DNA of 64,000 bases, from positions 78,184,001-78,248,000 of the forward strand of contig CM059432.1 of the NCBI GenBank assembly GCA_030390025.1. Reading direction: 5' to 3'. Under the pieces are notes generated by a model that ran no database searches, was not told the origin of the DNA, and was given only the letters and a program-made list of their open reading frames with translations. How positions within the stretch are numbered: the first letter of the stretch is position 1; every line of letters begins with the position of its first letter. Of this stretch, positions 10,850 through 20,790 are shown piece after piece. Source of the DNA: Squalus acanthias (lineage: Eukaryota). The position numbers and the translations under genes are program-made.

Positions 10850-13800
10850 ATGAAGATAACCATAGCCAGCCTCAACATCAACGGCAGCAGGGAGGCGCGC
10901 CGTAGATTCAATAACTTCTCGGTCCTTCGGGACGGGAAATATGCGGTGTGCTTCCTGCAAGAAACCCACACCGTTCCGGGAGACGAGGCCACGTGGCTCC
11001 TGGAGTGGCAAGGAGGGGTCAGCAGGAGTCACCTCTCCAACAATTCCTGCGGGGTGGCTGTCTTGCTGGCCCCGCATTTTCAGCCGGAGATCTTGAGGGT
11101 CAAGGAGCACGTGCCGGGCCGCTTGCTCCAGGTCACTGTTCGCCTGGGAGGCGTGCCGCTCCATTTAGTGAACGTGTACGCCCCCCGGACCGGTGCGCAG
11201 CAAGTGCGCTTCTTCGGAGAAGTGTCCGCTCTTCTGGGCTCCATCGACGTGGGTGACTGCGTCATCCTCGGGGGGGATTTCAATTGTACCCTCGAGGCGC
11301 GGGACCGGTCGGGTCCCCCGCGAAGCCCGGCGGCGATGGAGAAGTTGCGGGACCTGGTCGGGTCCTTCGACTTGGTGGACGTCTGGCGAAATCTCCATCC
11401 CGACTCCAGCGCCTTCACGAGCGTGAGGTCTGGAGGAGGAAGGTCCAGAATCGACCGCCTTTACATTTCCCGGGCGTACGTCTCCTGCGTTCCGGCGGCT
11501 TCCATGCGGCCGGTGCCGTGCACGGACCACCACCTGGTGTGGGCGGAGCTCGCTCCGCTGCGCGCGCGGGGGGGGTCCGCGTACTGGCATTTTAACAACC
11601 TGCTGCTGGAAGACGCGCGGTTCCGGGATTCGTTTCGCCGGTTCTGGGCCGACTGGAGAAGGAAGCGGGGAGGCTTCCCCTCCTTGAGGCTATGGTGGGA
11701 CGTGGGCAAGGCTCACGTCCGCGTCTTCTGTCAGGAGTACGCGAAGGGGTCGACCAAGAGGCGGGAGGCCCGGGTCGGGCGATTGGAGAAAGAAGTGCTC
11801 GACCTGGAGTCCCGTCTCGGTCAAGTCGTCGAGGACCCGGCCCTGCGGAAGGTGTACGAAGAGAAGAAGGGCGCGCTGAAGGACCTGCAGCTGGTCGGGT
11901 CCCTGGGCGCGTACGTGAGGTCGCGGATCCAGTTCCTGCGGGACCTGGACCGCGGCTCCCCCTTCTTCTACTCGCTGGAAAAAAGACGGAGGGTCCGTAA
12001 GCAGCTCTTGGGGCTGCTGGCCGACGACGGATCTCTGGTCTCGGATCCGGAGGGCATCAGCGCGGAGGCCCGGGCCTATTACGGGGCTCTGTTCTCTTCG
12101 GATCCGTCCAGCGAGGATGCGCGCAGAGTTTTGTGGGAGGACCTGCCGAAGGTCGGCCCGGAGGGCGCCGAGAATTTAGAAGCTCCGCTAAGCCTGGCGG
12201 AGCTGACCGGCGCCCTGCGCCAGCTCTCGAGGGGCAAGTCCCCGGGGCTGGACGGGCTGACCGTGGAGTTCCACAGGGCGTTCTGGGACGTCTTGGGGGA
12301 CGACTACGCGCGGGTCCTGGGGGAAGGTCTGGCGACCGGGGAGATGCCCCTCTCTTGGCGCAGGGCAGTCATCGTCCTGCTGCCCAAGAAGGGCGATCTC
12401 CGCCTACTTAAGAACTGGCGCCCGGTCTCCCTCCTCAGCACGGACTACAAAATTTTCGCCAGGGCTATGTCTGCTCGCCTTGGCACCGTGCTGGCCCACA
12501 TGATCCACCCCGACCAGTCCTACACGGTCCCGGGCCGGACAATCCACGACAACATCCATCTGGTCCGGGACCTGGTCCACCATTCCCAGAGGGCTGGTCT
12601 GTCGGTCGCCTTCCTTTCCCTAGATCAGGAGAAGGCGTTCGACAGGGTGGATCACGAGTATCTTTTCGGGACTCTGCGCGCATTCGGGTTCGGGACGCAT
12701 TTCGTCGCCCGGATCCGACTTCTGTACGCCGCCGCGGAGTGTCTGATTAAAGTTAACGGGTCTTTGACGGCGCCCCTTCGCTTCGGGAGGGGGGTGCGTC
12801 AGGGATGCCCCATGTCCGGTCAGTTATACGCCGTTTGCGTGGAGCCTTTCCTGCGCCTCTTGCGGAAGAGGTTGACGGGACTGGCTCTGCAAGGGCCGGG
12901 CGTGGAGGTCGTCCTCTCGGCTTACGCCGATGACGTGCTCCTCGCGGTCACGGATCCCGTCGACTTGCGGAGGATGCGAGAATGCCAGCAGATTTACTCG
13001 GACGCATCGTCCGCCAAGATCAACTGGGAGAAATGTTCTGGACTCCTGGTGGGCCCATGGCAGGTGGACTCCCTGCCGGAGGAGTTCGGGCCTTTCGCCT
13101 GGAGCACCACGCACCTCCTCTACCTGGGAGTCTACCTCAGCCCGGCCGAGGACGCCTGGCCGGCGAACTGGCAAGAACTGGAGGCCAAAGTCACCGCTCG
13201 CCTAGGGCGCTGGACAGGACTGCTCCGAGTGTTGTCCTACAGGGGTCGAGCGCTGGTCATAAACCAGCTGGTGGCCGCCATGTTGTGGTACCGGTTGGTC
13301 ACTTTGATCCCTCCCCCTGCGTTTGTCGCCAAGATGCAGAAGAAGCTCGTCGACTTCTTCTGGGACAAAAGGAAGCACTGGGTCTCTGCCGCGGTTTTGA
13401 GTCTCCCGCTTAGGGAGGGCGGTCAGGCGCTGGTGTGCCTTCGCACCCAGGCGGCGACTTTCCGTCTTCAGACGCTGCAGAGATACCTGTACGTGGAGAA
13501 TCCTCCTAGGTGGCGTGCGCTGGCGACGCATTTCTTCCGCCAGCTGCACGGCCTCAATTACGACACGCAGCTCCTGTTTGTGAGAGTGGGTGGCACGCGT
13601 GCCAGCCTGCGGGAGCTGCCTGTCTTCTACCAGGAACTGCTATGGGTTTGGAACAGCGTCGCCTCCGAGCGCAGTTCTCCCCCGTCAGGAGCGGCGGCCG
13701 TCCTTCGGGAGCCGCTGTTCAGGAATCCGCACCTCCACGACCGCGGGTTCGGCTGGCTGGCGGAGGGCAGGGCTGTGCCCGGTAAGGTGACCAGAGTCGG

Positions 13801-14749
13801 GGACCTGCTCGATGGCGGAGGAGCGGGCTGGATGGCGCCGGAGGAGTTGGCGAGGCGCATGTCCTGGGTCAACGTCCGGCTCGCGGTCAAAGCCATCGAG
13901 TCGCTAAAAGTGGCACTGGGCCCCGTCTCCACTAGGTGTGTCGAGGAGGCTCAAGCACGTGGGGCGATCCCGTCCGAACTGACCCCCGTTCGGACGGAAT
14001 TCCTTATCGGCGCCCGGCCCCGAATCCTCCCTCGGGAGCCGCCGCCTCACCACTTGAGCCTTCTCGGAGAAATGCCCTCCGTGCCCTTTCAATCCGCACG
14101 GAGGCGTTTCCTGTACGGGCTGCTCCTGCACACTCTCCACTTTGCCATCTTCGTCTGCCGTCCGGACACGCCTTGGCGTACCATCCTGCCGTCCGGCGGA
14201 GGCGAAGGTCCCCATTGGAAGGCTCTCTACGCGGGAGTCTTCCCTTGTTCTATTGGGGACTTGGCCTGGAGGGTGTTGCACGGAGCAGTCCCGTGCAATA
14301 GGATTTTAAATAGGTTTACGGACTCCCAGGCTGCTTGCCATTTCTGCGGCCTGGAGGAGTCCGTCTATCACATTTATATTGAATGTGAGAGGTTGCAGCC
14401 CCTCTTTCATTATTTGAAGGGGCTGCTCCTCAATTTCTGGTTGCACTTCAGCCCCACGCTCCTGATCTACGGTCACCCGGTGCGGAGGGGAGCAGGTAGG
14501 TCGGAGGACCTCCTCGTAGGACTGCTCCTGGGCCTGGCCAAGAAAGCCATTAATTGGTCCAGGCAGCGGGCGGTCGAGGGGGTCGTTCGGCCCGATTGCC
14601 TGCCTCTCTTCCGCGGCCATGTTCGCGCCCGGGTGGCCCTGGAGATGGAGCACGCGGTGTCCGCCGGCACGCTTGAGTTTTTCCGCGACCGGTGGGCGCC
14701 GCGGGGACTGGAGTGCATCGTCACCCCGGACTTTCAAATTTTAATTTGA
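10850..14749 (+). CDS. Tx1 ORF2, intact (1299 aa): APE endonuclease, RT (YADD), C-terminal zinc finger
   Basis: Uninterrupted ORF; endonuclease and RT motifs; CHFC-x-H-x4-C near the C-terminus. Confidence 0.97.
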   Translation: MKITIASLNINGSREARRRFNNFSVLRDGKYAVCFLQETHTVPGDEATWLLEWQGGVSRSHLSNNSCGVAVLLAPHFQPEILRVKEHVPGRLLQVTVRLGGVPLHLVNVYAPRTGAQQVRFFGEVSALLGSIDVGDCVILGGDFNCTLEARDRSGPPRSPAAMEKLRDLVGSFDLVDVWRNLHPDSSAFTSVRSGGGRSRIDRLYISRAYVSCVPAASMRPVPCTDHHLVWAELAPLRARGGSAYWHFNNLLLEDARFRDSFRRFWADWRRKRGGFPSLRLWWDVGKAHVRVFCQEYAKGSTKRREARVGRLEKEVLDLESRLGQVVEDPALRKVYEEKKGALKDLQLVGSLGAYVRSRIQFLRDLDRGSPFFYSLEKRRRVRKQLLGLLADDGSLVSDPEGISAEARAYYGALFSSDPSSEDARRVLWEDLPKVGPEGAENLEAPLSLAELTGALRQLSRGKSPGLDGLTVEFHRAFWDVLGDDYARVLGEGLATGEMPLSWRRAVIVLLPKKGDLRLLKNWRPVSLLSTDYKIFARAMSARLGTVLAHMIHPDQSYTVPGRTIHDNIHLVRDLVHHSQRAGLSVAFLSLDQEKAFDRVDHEYLFGTLRAFGFGTHFVARIRLLYAAAECLIKVNGSLTAPLRFGRGVRQGCPMSGQLYAVCVEPFLRLLRKRLTGLALQGPGVEVVLSAYADDVLLAVTDPVDLRRMRECQQIYSDASSAKINWEKCSGLLVGPWQVDSLPEEFGPFAWSTTHLLYLGVYLSPAEDAWPANWQELEAKVTARLGRWTGLLRVLSYRGRALVINQLVAAMLWYRLVTLIPPPAFVAKMQKKLVDFFWDKRKHWVSAAVLSLPLREGGQALVCLRTQAATFRLQTLQRYLYVENPPRWRALATHFFRQLHGLNYDTQLLFVRVGGTRASLRELPVFYQELLWVWNSVASERSSPPSGAAAVLREPLFRNPHLHDRGFGWLAEGRAVPGKVTRVGDLLDGGGAGWMAPEELARRMSWVNVRLAVKAIESLKVALGPVSTRCVEEAQARGAIPSELTPVRTEFLIGARPRILPREPPPHHLSLLGEMPSVPFQSARRRFLYGLLLHTLHFAIFVCRPDTPWRTILPSGGGEGPHWKALYAGVFPCSIGDLAWRVLHGAVPCNRILNRFTDSQAACHFCGLEESVYHIYIECERLQPLFHYLKGLLLNFWLHFSPTLLIYGHPVRRGAGRSEDLLVGLLLGLAKKAINWSRQRAVEGVVRPDCLPLFRGHVRARVALEMEHAVSAGTLEFFRDRWAPRGLECIVTPDFQILI

Positions 14750-14853
14750 TTTATTAAGTTTCATTTAAAGTTTTAATTGATTTACAGTAAATTTGGGTTC
14801 TGTTCAACCAAAAAGAGGAACACCAGGTTATAGTCCAACAGTTTTATTTAAAA

Positions 14854-14891
14854 TTACGAGCTTTCGGAGCTGCTGCCCCTTCGTCAGGTAA
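14854..14891 (-). ncRNA. Minimal hammerhead ribozyme motif (mirror copy)
   Basis: Exact reverse complement of 14900-14937. Confidence 0.75.
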
Positions 14892-14899
14892 AGGTACCT

Positions 14900-14937
14900 T
14901 TACCTGACGAAGGGGCAGCAGCTCCGAAAGCTCGTAA
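14900..14937 (+). ncRNA. Minimal type I hammerhead ribozyme motif
   Basis: Stem I UUAC/GUAA; CUGACGA at 14904-14910; stem II GGGGC-AGCA-GCUCC; GAAA at 14926-14929; stem III reduced to palindromic AGCU; putative cleavage after UC at 14933. Confidence 0.75.
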
Positions 14938-15085
14938 TTTTAAATGAAACTGTTGGACTATAACCTGGTGTTGTGCGACTTCTCATTTTTTTCACTCCTC
15001 TAAGGGCAGCCCAATTTCTGGCAAGGGTCTTTAAATGGGCATTAGGCCCCTCATTAGCATATGCAAGGCACCCAATGCCTGTTTT

Positions 15086-15276
15086 TCTCTTTTGAGCAAC
15101 CCATAAACAAATAGACTGTAACTAAACTTAAAACATTAAATGAAACTTAACAAATTAAATTAAATTTTGTCAGGGGTGATGATGCACTCCTGTCCCTGCA
15201 GTGCCCACCGGTCGCGGAAGGCCTCGAACGTACCGGCGGACACCGCGTGCTCCATCTCCAGGGCCACCCGGGCGCG
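15086..15276 (-). mobile_element. 5'-truncated Tx1 copy (ORF2 end + 3' UTR)
   Basis: Matches the ORF2 end RARVALEMEHAVSAG; flanked by 15-bp TSD CCCAATGCCTGTTTT at 15071-15085 and 15277-15291. Confidence 0.92.
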
Positions 15277-17179
15277 CCCAATGCCTGTTTTAGCTAGCCA
15301 GCCACCCCGGACGCCTGAAAAATGGCCTGACCCAATTTCAGGTAGAAGATTGACCTAAATTGGTCCTTACAACGAGGACCAATTTTTACCCCATCATTTC
15401 CACCTGCTGAATGTTATTGTCTGATTGAAAGTTTTCAGCAACAGTTTCAAAAGGAACCAATAGGGAATTGATTAATGAAAATTCAATTTTAAAGTCACTG
15501 AGGTTAAAAGACAATTTAGTGGTCAAGGACAATTTGTTGGCATATGACCATATATGCTAAAGGTTTCCAGTAAGCCTACCTTTCTAGGTATGCAGTGATC
15601 ACTTCTCAAATGTGTTTTACTATGTTTATTGAAGTATTTATAAATGCACAAATGGGACAGATGCTCACTTTGAAAGAAACCCTATCTGATGAAAGAAAGT
15701 CACATGTAAAGTTGGTCGCAATCTGGTATTGTGGATTTATTAAGGTTAATGGTTAGTGTTTGTATATGGATGAACAGATAACTGGATGGCTAGCTGACTG
15801 CCTTACTCTCAATAAGAGGAAGTCAGGAAACTGTCAGAATATGTTAAGGAGGGACTCTGTTAAAAATTAAACTGTTAAAAAAACTGATTATCTTTTCTCA
15901 GTTTGTTACCTGTTGCTTAGGGTAACCAACGGCTACAGTCTGAAACACTGAGTAACAGACAATGAAAGGCAAGTCATAACGTTTACTTGATTTTGGAGCC
16001 AGACTTTCCAAACACGCCAACGTAAAAAACCTCAAAAAAAGGCTGACTATCCTTAAAAGCCGATAACTCGAAAAACAACATACAAGTAATAAAATAGAAT
16101 AAAGAGCTATGACCAAGGCCACTGCTTCAAGGAGACTGAATAAATTCCTTATTACATTGGGTTTCAGGATTTTTATTTGTGTTTTATGATCATATTCTGA
16201 AATTTAGTTTGTTTTTCTTCGTAAACTGAAACCCAATGGCCTCACGTATGGTATTCAAAAATAAACTCCCCTTGACGTGAGAGGGTGCAGGCACTAGAAC
16301 TGTCCATGGCCCCCTTCACCAGAAAATGGCAGGACAGAAGAAAGGAAGATGGCCACTCTGAAGGCATCAGAAGACCAAGCTGCAAGGAAGGAGGCAACGG
16401 CATTGGCCAATGCAATCTGTCAGGTCTGCTGGACATAGGCGCAGTTGAGAAATAAGTTCAATGGCATAGAGATAAACGTAGGCCCCTTTGTATACATCAC
16501 TACTATTCCCCAATGCTCAGAGAAATTATCTACCAGGCTAGCATACAACATTTTTCCTTTTTTGCAAAAGACCTTCATTCAACAGAAGTTTCATGCCATA
16601 TTGTCAGAGGGGTCAATAGTTCCGATACACAGAGCTCTTCAGAGATCACCCACCAGAGTCATGCCAGAAAAACCACTATGTGAACTCGTGGGAGTAGCCA
16701 GTGGCTGGGAGGGAAGTGCTTAGGGCTGTTTCATCTGGTCTGCCAAATGCCAACATCTTAATAAGTGCACTCTGCTTACAGGACAAGGCTGCCCACTGTC
16801 ATTGTGTGAGAATCAAGACTGAAGGAGATCCATTACTAATTAACCAGCTTACCACATTTCTAAATGATGGCACTCACCTTATCTGGCCATGAAACCTTGG
16901 AAGGTAGTGGTGAAGGCAAGTTTGCAGTGTGGTGCCACTATTCAGCAAGTATCCTCCATTTGCTATGATCTTTCATATTGAAAGTCCTTTTGGGAATCCT
17001 GATAACACAGGCTACAGTTTCTAATTTGTCACATAACGCATTAAAGTTGTATGATCTTACTAATCTTGGAAGCCACTGTATTTTTGCTCTTTTCCTGTAG
17101 GTTTTGCCCTCAATGAAAAGGCATGGGGAAGTAGCAGCTCGATCTCAAGAACTTCACAGCATGTACTCCACCTGCCATA

Positions 17180-17560
17180 TATTCCATCAATGATGCCGTG
17201 GACGCTTGGAAACCGTGCCACTCACCAGTTGCTGGGTCATTTCCACTGGGAAAATTCTGAAGGTATTTTCCTAGCAAATTTGACATATGTGCTTTGCTTT
17301 CTGTGTCCTGATGCCATATTTGCCAGGGAAATATCTTCATATCTATGCACAACAAATTGTCTGACTCAACTGGCGTTCTCTGCAATAGCCTACTGTGGCA
17401 TAAAAAGTTAATGCCGTTAACACTTTCACTGTATTAGTCAGGAATGTAGTCTGCATATCCATTTGCAGCAGGTGGCACAGCTTGGTCACTGCCTCTCTGG
17501 TGAAGCAGGCATATTAGAGATGGTGTGGTCAGTACACTTGAGTCTTGAATTGGAGCGCAT
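17180..17560 (-). pseudogene. PIF/Harbinger (HARBI1-like) transposase fossil
   Basis: Minus-strand translation gives CFTREAVTKLCHLLQMDMQ...VKVLTALTFYAT and RFPSVHGIIDG, with stops and frameshifts between them. Confidence 0.78.
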
Positions 17561-18399
17561 ATAGTCACTGAGGTGCCTTTGCACCGGAAGGTGATGTCCC
17601 CTCGTGAATTCATTCTCTTCATCTAGCTCATCCAGCATTCTTGGCGCATTCCTCGGGATTCCTATCTTCCCACTTTGCTTTCCCAGCATCAATTAGGAAG
17701 ACTGTAAGTAATGGCCTTGTTGTCTACAGTAAAAGTTGCAATAATGGAGGCATCTACAAATATGCAAAATGTTAAATCCAGTTTATCAAACAGCAAAAAA
17801 CTGAGACATATATGCTCATTCAAACTCGTTTTAAATAATTGACTTCAGCTAGCCAGGTCCAGAAGTCCCCAGTCTTTTGGCCAAGGACTACACGGAGGGT
17901 GAAGCCTCCCCTGGCATCAAGAAATTTAGCATTTTGAATATATTTGTTAGCATAAGTCAGGTTTTGTAAACCTGCTGAGTGGCCAAGTTTAAAGTCTCAA
18001 ATTTGCCCATCAGAAAATTGGACGAGGTACAGAAGGGGTGAGGTCACAGTCCCCTTTTTCCTGACCCATTTAACATCATAAAAGTTCCAGGTCTAATTTA
18101 AATCTAGATACATCCTGGAAAAAATCATTGTTTATAAAACTGGAATGCATAGAGCAGCAATCATAATAAATTATTAATAATCTGGATTGACTGGGTAAAT
18201 TATAAACATGAATTGGACAAGTATTGATCTCAGTTTGGATGCTTTCCGGAATTAGATTCAAAATGGCATCTGGGCTCCAAATGCCATCTCCAAGTCCTGC
18301 AAAGGCCTTGATGGCAATCTGCAGGGGGTTTCTACAGCACTGATTTATCTTCGCAATTATTTCTAAATTGGCAAATAAGGGTTGACCCCGCTCCCAGGC

Positions 18400-18806
18400 T
18401 GATGGTGAGAGCACGGGACCATTGCTGATTACTCTGGTTCGTGGCTCCCAATTTCCCAGACCGAGTCCTCACTTGGCATACGCCATGTTTTGGCGGGAAG
18501 CCGCTGTGTTGTGCTCTCGCTCCTTGTCCTTTCCTCAATGCTGCTGTGCGCTGGGTCGACCATGCTGGTAGGGGGTTGTTTGTTTCATATGGGGTAATTT
18601 TATAAAATTATGCTACTAGCAGTAAGCCTTGCCCACCAGGAGTACATACCAGGCACACAGTTCCCATTACTTACTTTTAGTCAGAGTTGTCATTCTGTCC
18701 GCAGTGGGACACGAGTCTCCCGGGTGTCGCTGCTCTCTGCGCGGTTTACATTTCCCGCCTCCGGCCCACCGAGTGACGTAACCCACTGCCGCGGGGAGCG
18801 ACCGGG
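18400..18806. promoter_or_regulatory. CpG-rich promoter-like patch, possibly bidirectional
   Basis: YY1-like CGCCATGTT 18481-18489; E2F-like TTTGGCGGGAA 18489-18499 and TTTCCCGC 18751-18758; CRE/ATF-like TGACGTAA 18774-18781; minus-strand donor GTAAGT 18674-18669. Confidence 0.45.
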
Positions 18807-19908
18807 GAATGGGGGTCCAGGGGAGGAGAAGGTGACTGAGGAATGGGGGTCCAGGGGGGGAGGAGGAGGAGGTGACTGAGGAATGGGGGTCCAGGGGAGG
18901 AGGAGGAGGAGGAGGAGGAGGTGACTGAGCAATGGGGGTCCAGGGGAGGAGGAGGAGGTGACTGAGGAATGGGGGTCCAGGGGAGGAGGAGGTGACTGAG
19001 GAATGGGGGTCCAGGGGAGGAGGAGGAGGAGGTGACTGAGGAATGGGGGTCCAGGGGAGGAGGAGGAGGTGACTGAGGAATGGGGGTCCAGGGGAGGAGG
19101 AGGAGGTGACTGAGGAATGGGGGTCCAGGGGAGGAGGAGGAGGAGGTGACTGAGGAATGGGGGTCCAGGGGAGGAGGAGGAGGAGGTGACTGAGGAATGG
19201 GGGTCCAGGGGAGGAGGAGGAGGAGGAGGTGACTGAGGAATGGGGGTCCAGGGGAGGAGGAGGTGACTGAGGAATGGGGGTCCAGGGGAGGAGGAGGAGG
19301 AGGTGACTGAGGAATGGGGGTCCAGGGGAGGAGGAGGAGGAGGTGACTGAGGAATGGGGGTCCAGGGGAGGAGGAGGTGACTGGGTAATGGGGGTCCAGG
19401 GGAGGAGGAGGAGGAGGTGACTGAGGAATGGGGGTCCAGGGGAGGAGGAGGTGACTGGGTAATGGGGGTCCAGGGGAGGAGGAGGAGGAGGTGACTGAGG
19501 AATGGGGGTCCAGGGGAGGAGGAGGAGGTGACTGAGGAATGGGGGTCCAGGGGAGGAGGAGGAGGAGGACTGAGGAATGGGGGTCCAGGGGAGGAGGAGG
19601 AGGAGACTGAGGAATGGGGGTCCAGGGGAGGAGGAGGAGGTGACTGAGGAATGGGGGTCCAGGGGAGGAGGAGGTGACTGAGGAATGGGGGTCCAGGGGA
19701 GGAGGAGGAGGAGGTGACTGAGGAATGGGGCTCCAGGGGAGGAGGAGGAGGAGGTGACTGAGGAATGGGGGTCCAGGGGGAGGGGGAGGAGGAGGAGGTG
19801 ACTGAGGAATGGGGGTCCAGGGGGGGGAGGAGGAGGTGACTGAGGAATGGGGGTCCAGGGGTGGAGAAGGGGAATGGGGGTCCAGGGGAGGAGGAGGGGA
19901 ATGGGGAT
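18807..19908. repeat. G-rich minisatellite, about 29 units of GAATGGGGGTCCAGGG(GAG)nGTGACTGAG (mostly 34-43 bp)
   Basis: Read directly; unit length varies mainly in 3-nt steps. Confidence 0.97.
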
Positions 19909-20489
19909 TGTGGCTTAAGTGGGAGCAGCCAGTAAAGTTGTGAGTGAAACCTTAGTGTGGGCAAATAGGGAGGGAGACTGAGGATTCCCACTGGAAAAAC
20001 CAACGGGGAAGCGAGAAGGAAACTTCTTGAGCTCAGGGCTATTCTACCATTGGATGCTTTACCACAAGTGGCTATTGAGGCAAACTAGACTGGGGGGCGG
20101 GGAACAGTTCCTGGCAGTCACTAAGTAATGACAGTGGCAACTGGGGGAAGCAATCCTGCTCCTCCTGGATCACAAGGAAACTTGAATCTAATTTCCTGCC
20201 TAGGTCTCTTCTGGACTACGATCTACCTTCCAGCAGGTTTGGTCTGACGGGAAAACCGTCACTGTTCCCCTGCTGCTCCAACTAAAATTGCAGTTGGGTC
20301 CCGATCTGCTTATTTAAAGAAGGACCCCGCTGCCTTCCTGCTCAAAAGAGCAGGTTAATATCAGGACCTGACGGGAAAACCGCGGGATCACTGGGTAAGT
20401 TGCTGCCCTTATTTTAACTTTCTGCTGTCCCGCTTTCTGCCAGGTGTTTGGGAGTCATCGAAGCAAGCTGTTTGACCCAACCATCCCAT

Positions 20490-20790
20490 CTTGGTGGTTA
20501 TTTTCCAACCGAGCTGTAGTCCTAATCCCTTGTGCCTGCTCTGTTCCCATATTCTTTTATCCCCCTTTCCTTCCACCTATCTAACCTATTCTCAAATGTT
20601 GACATGGTCTCTGCTTCCTTCACTAATTCCAGAAGTGCATTCCACAGCCTCACAACCCTCTCCTACTCTCCATTATAAATGTCTTGTATCTTATATCTAT
20701 GTCTCCTCGTTCTAGACTCAACCACTGGAAACAATCTGTTTCTATTTCCTCTAGCCCATCCCTTTTTTAATTTTAAACACCTCTATCGGA
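20490..20790 (-). mobile_element. Decayed CR1 LINE 3' fragment
   Basis: CATTCCACAGCCTCACAACCCTC and neighbouring blocks match other CR1 3' ends in the window. Confidence 0.6.

Larger units (their letters stand above)
8158..14817 (+). mobile_element. L1/Tx1-clade retrotransposon, copy C (near full length)
   Basis: 5' leader, ORF1, complete ORF2 and a short AT-rich 3' UTR ending AAAAAGAG. Confidence 0.95.
14819..14990. mobile_element. Penelope-like element terminal (pLTR) fragment in inverted-dimer form; palindrome 14819-14972
   Basis: 77-bp arms, no spacer, one mismatch; CCTGACGAAGG...CCGAAAGCT...CTGTTGGACTATAACCTGGTG resembles vertebrate Penelope termini (recognition, not searched). Confidence 0.75.

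Noticed and set aside
74..14737. Many overlapping alternate-frame and antisense ORFs within the Tx1 copies
   Set aside because: Expected in very GC-rich coding sequence; no recognisable domains, and they recur only because the element is repeated.
15903..15926. RFX X-box-like GTTGCTTAGGGTAAC
   Set aside because: An isolated short motif with no exon or promoter context I can support.
18807..19908. CRISPR-like repeat/spacer appearance
   Set aside because: The variable parts are (GAG)n rather than unique spacers, the context is vertebrate and there are no cas genes.
18690..20003. 437-aa Pro/Ser-rich minus-strand ORF
   Set aside because: It is a translation of the minisatellite, whose minus strand lacks stop codons in every frame.
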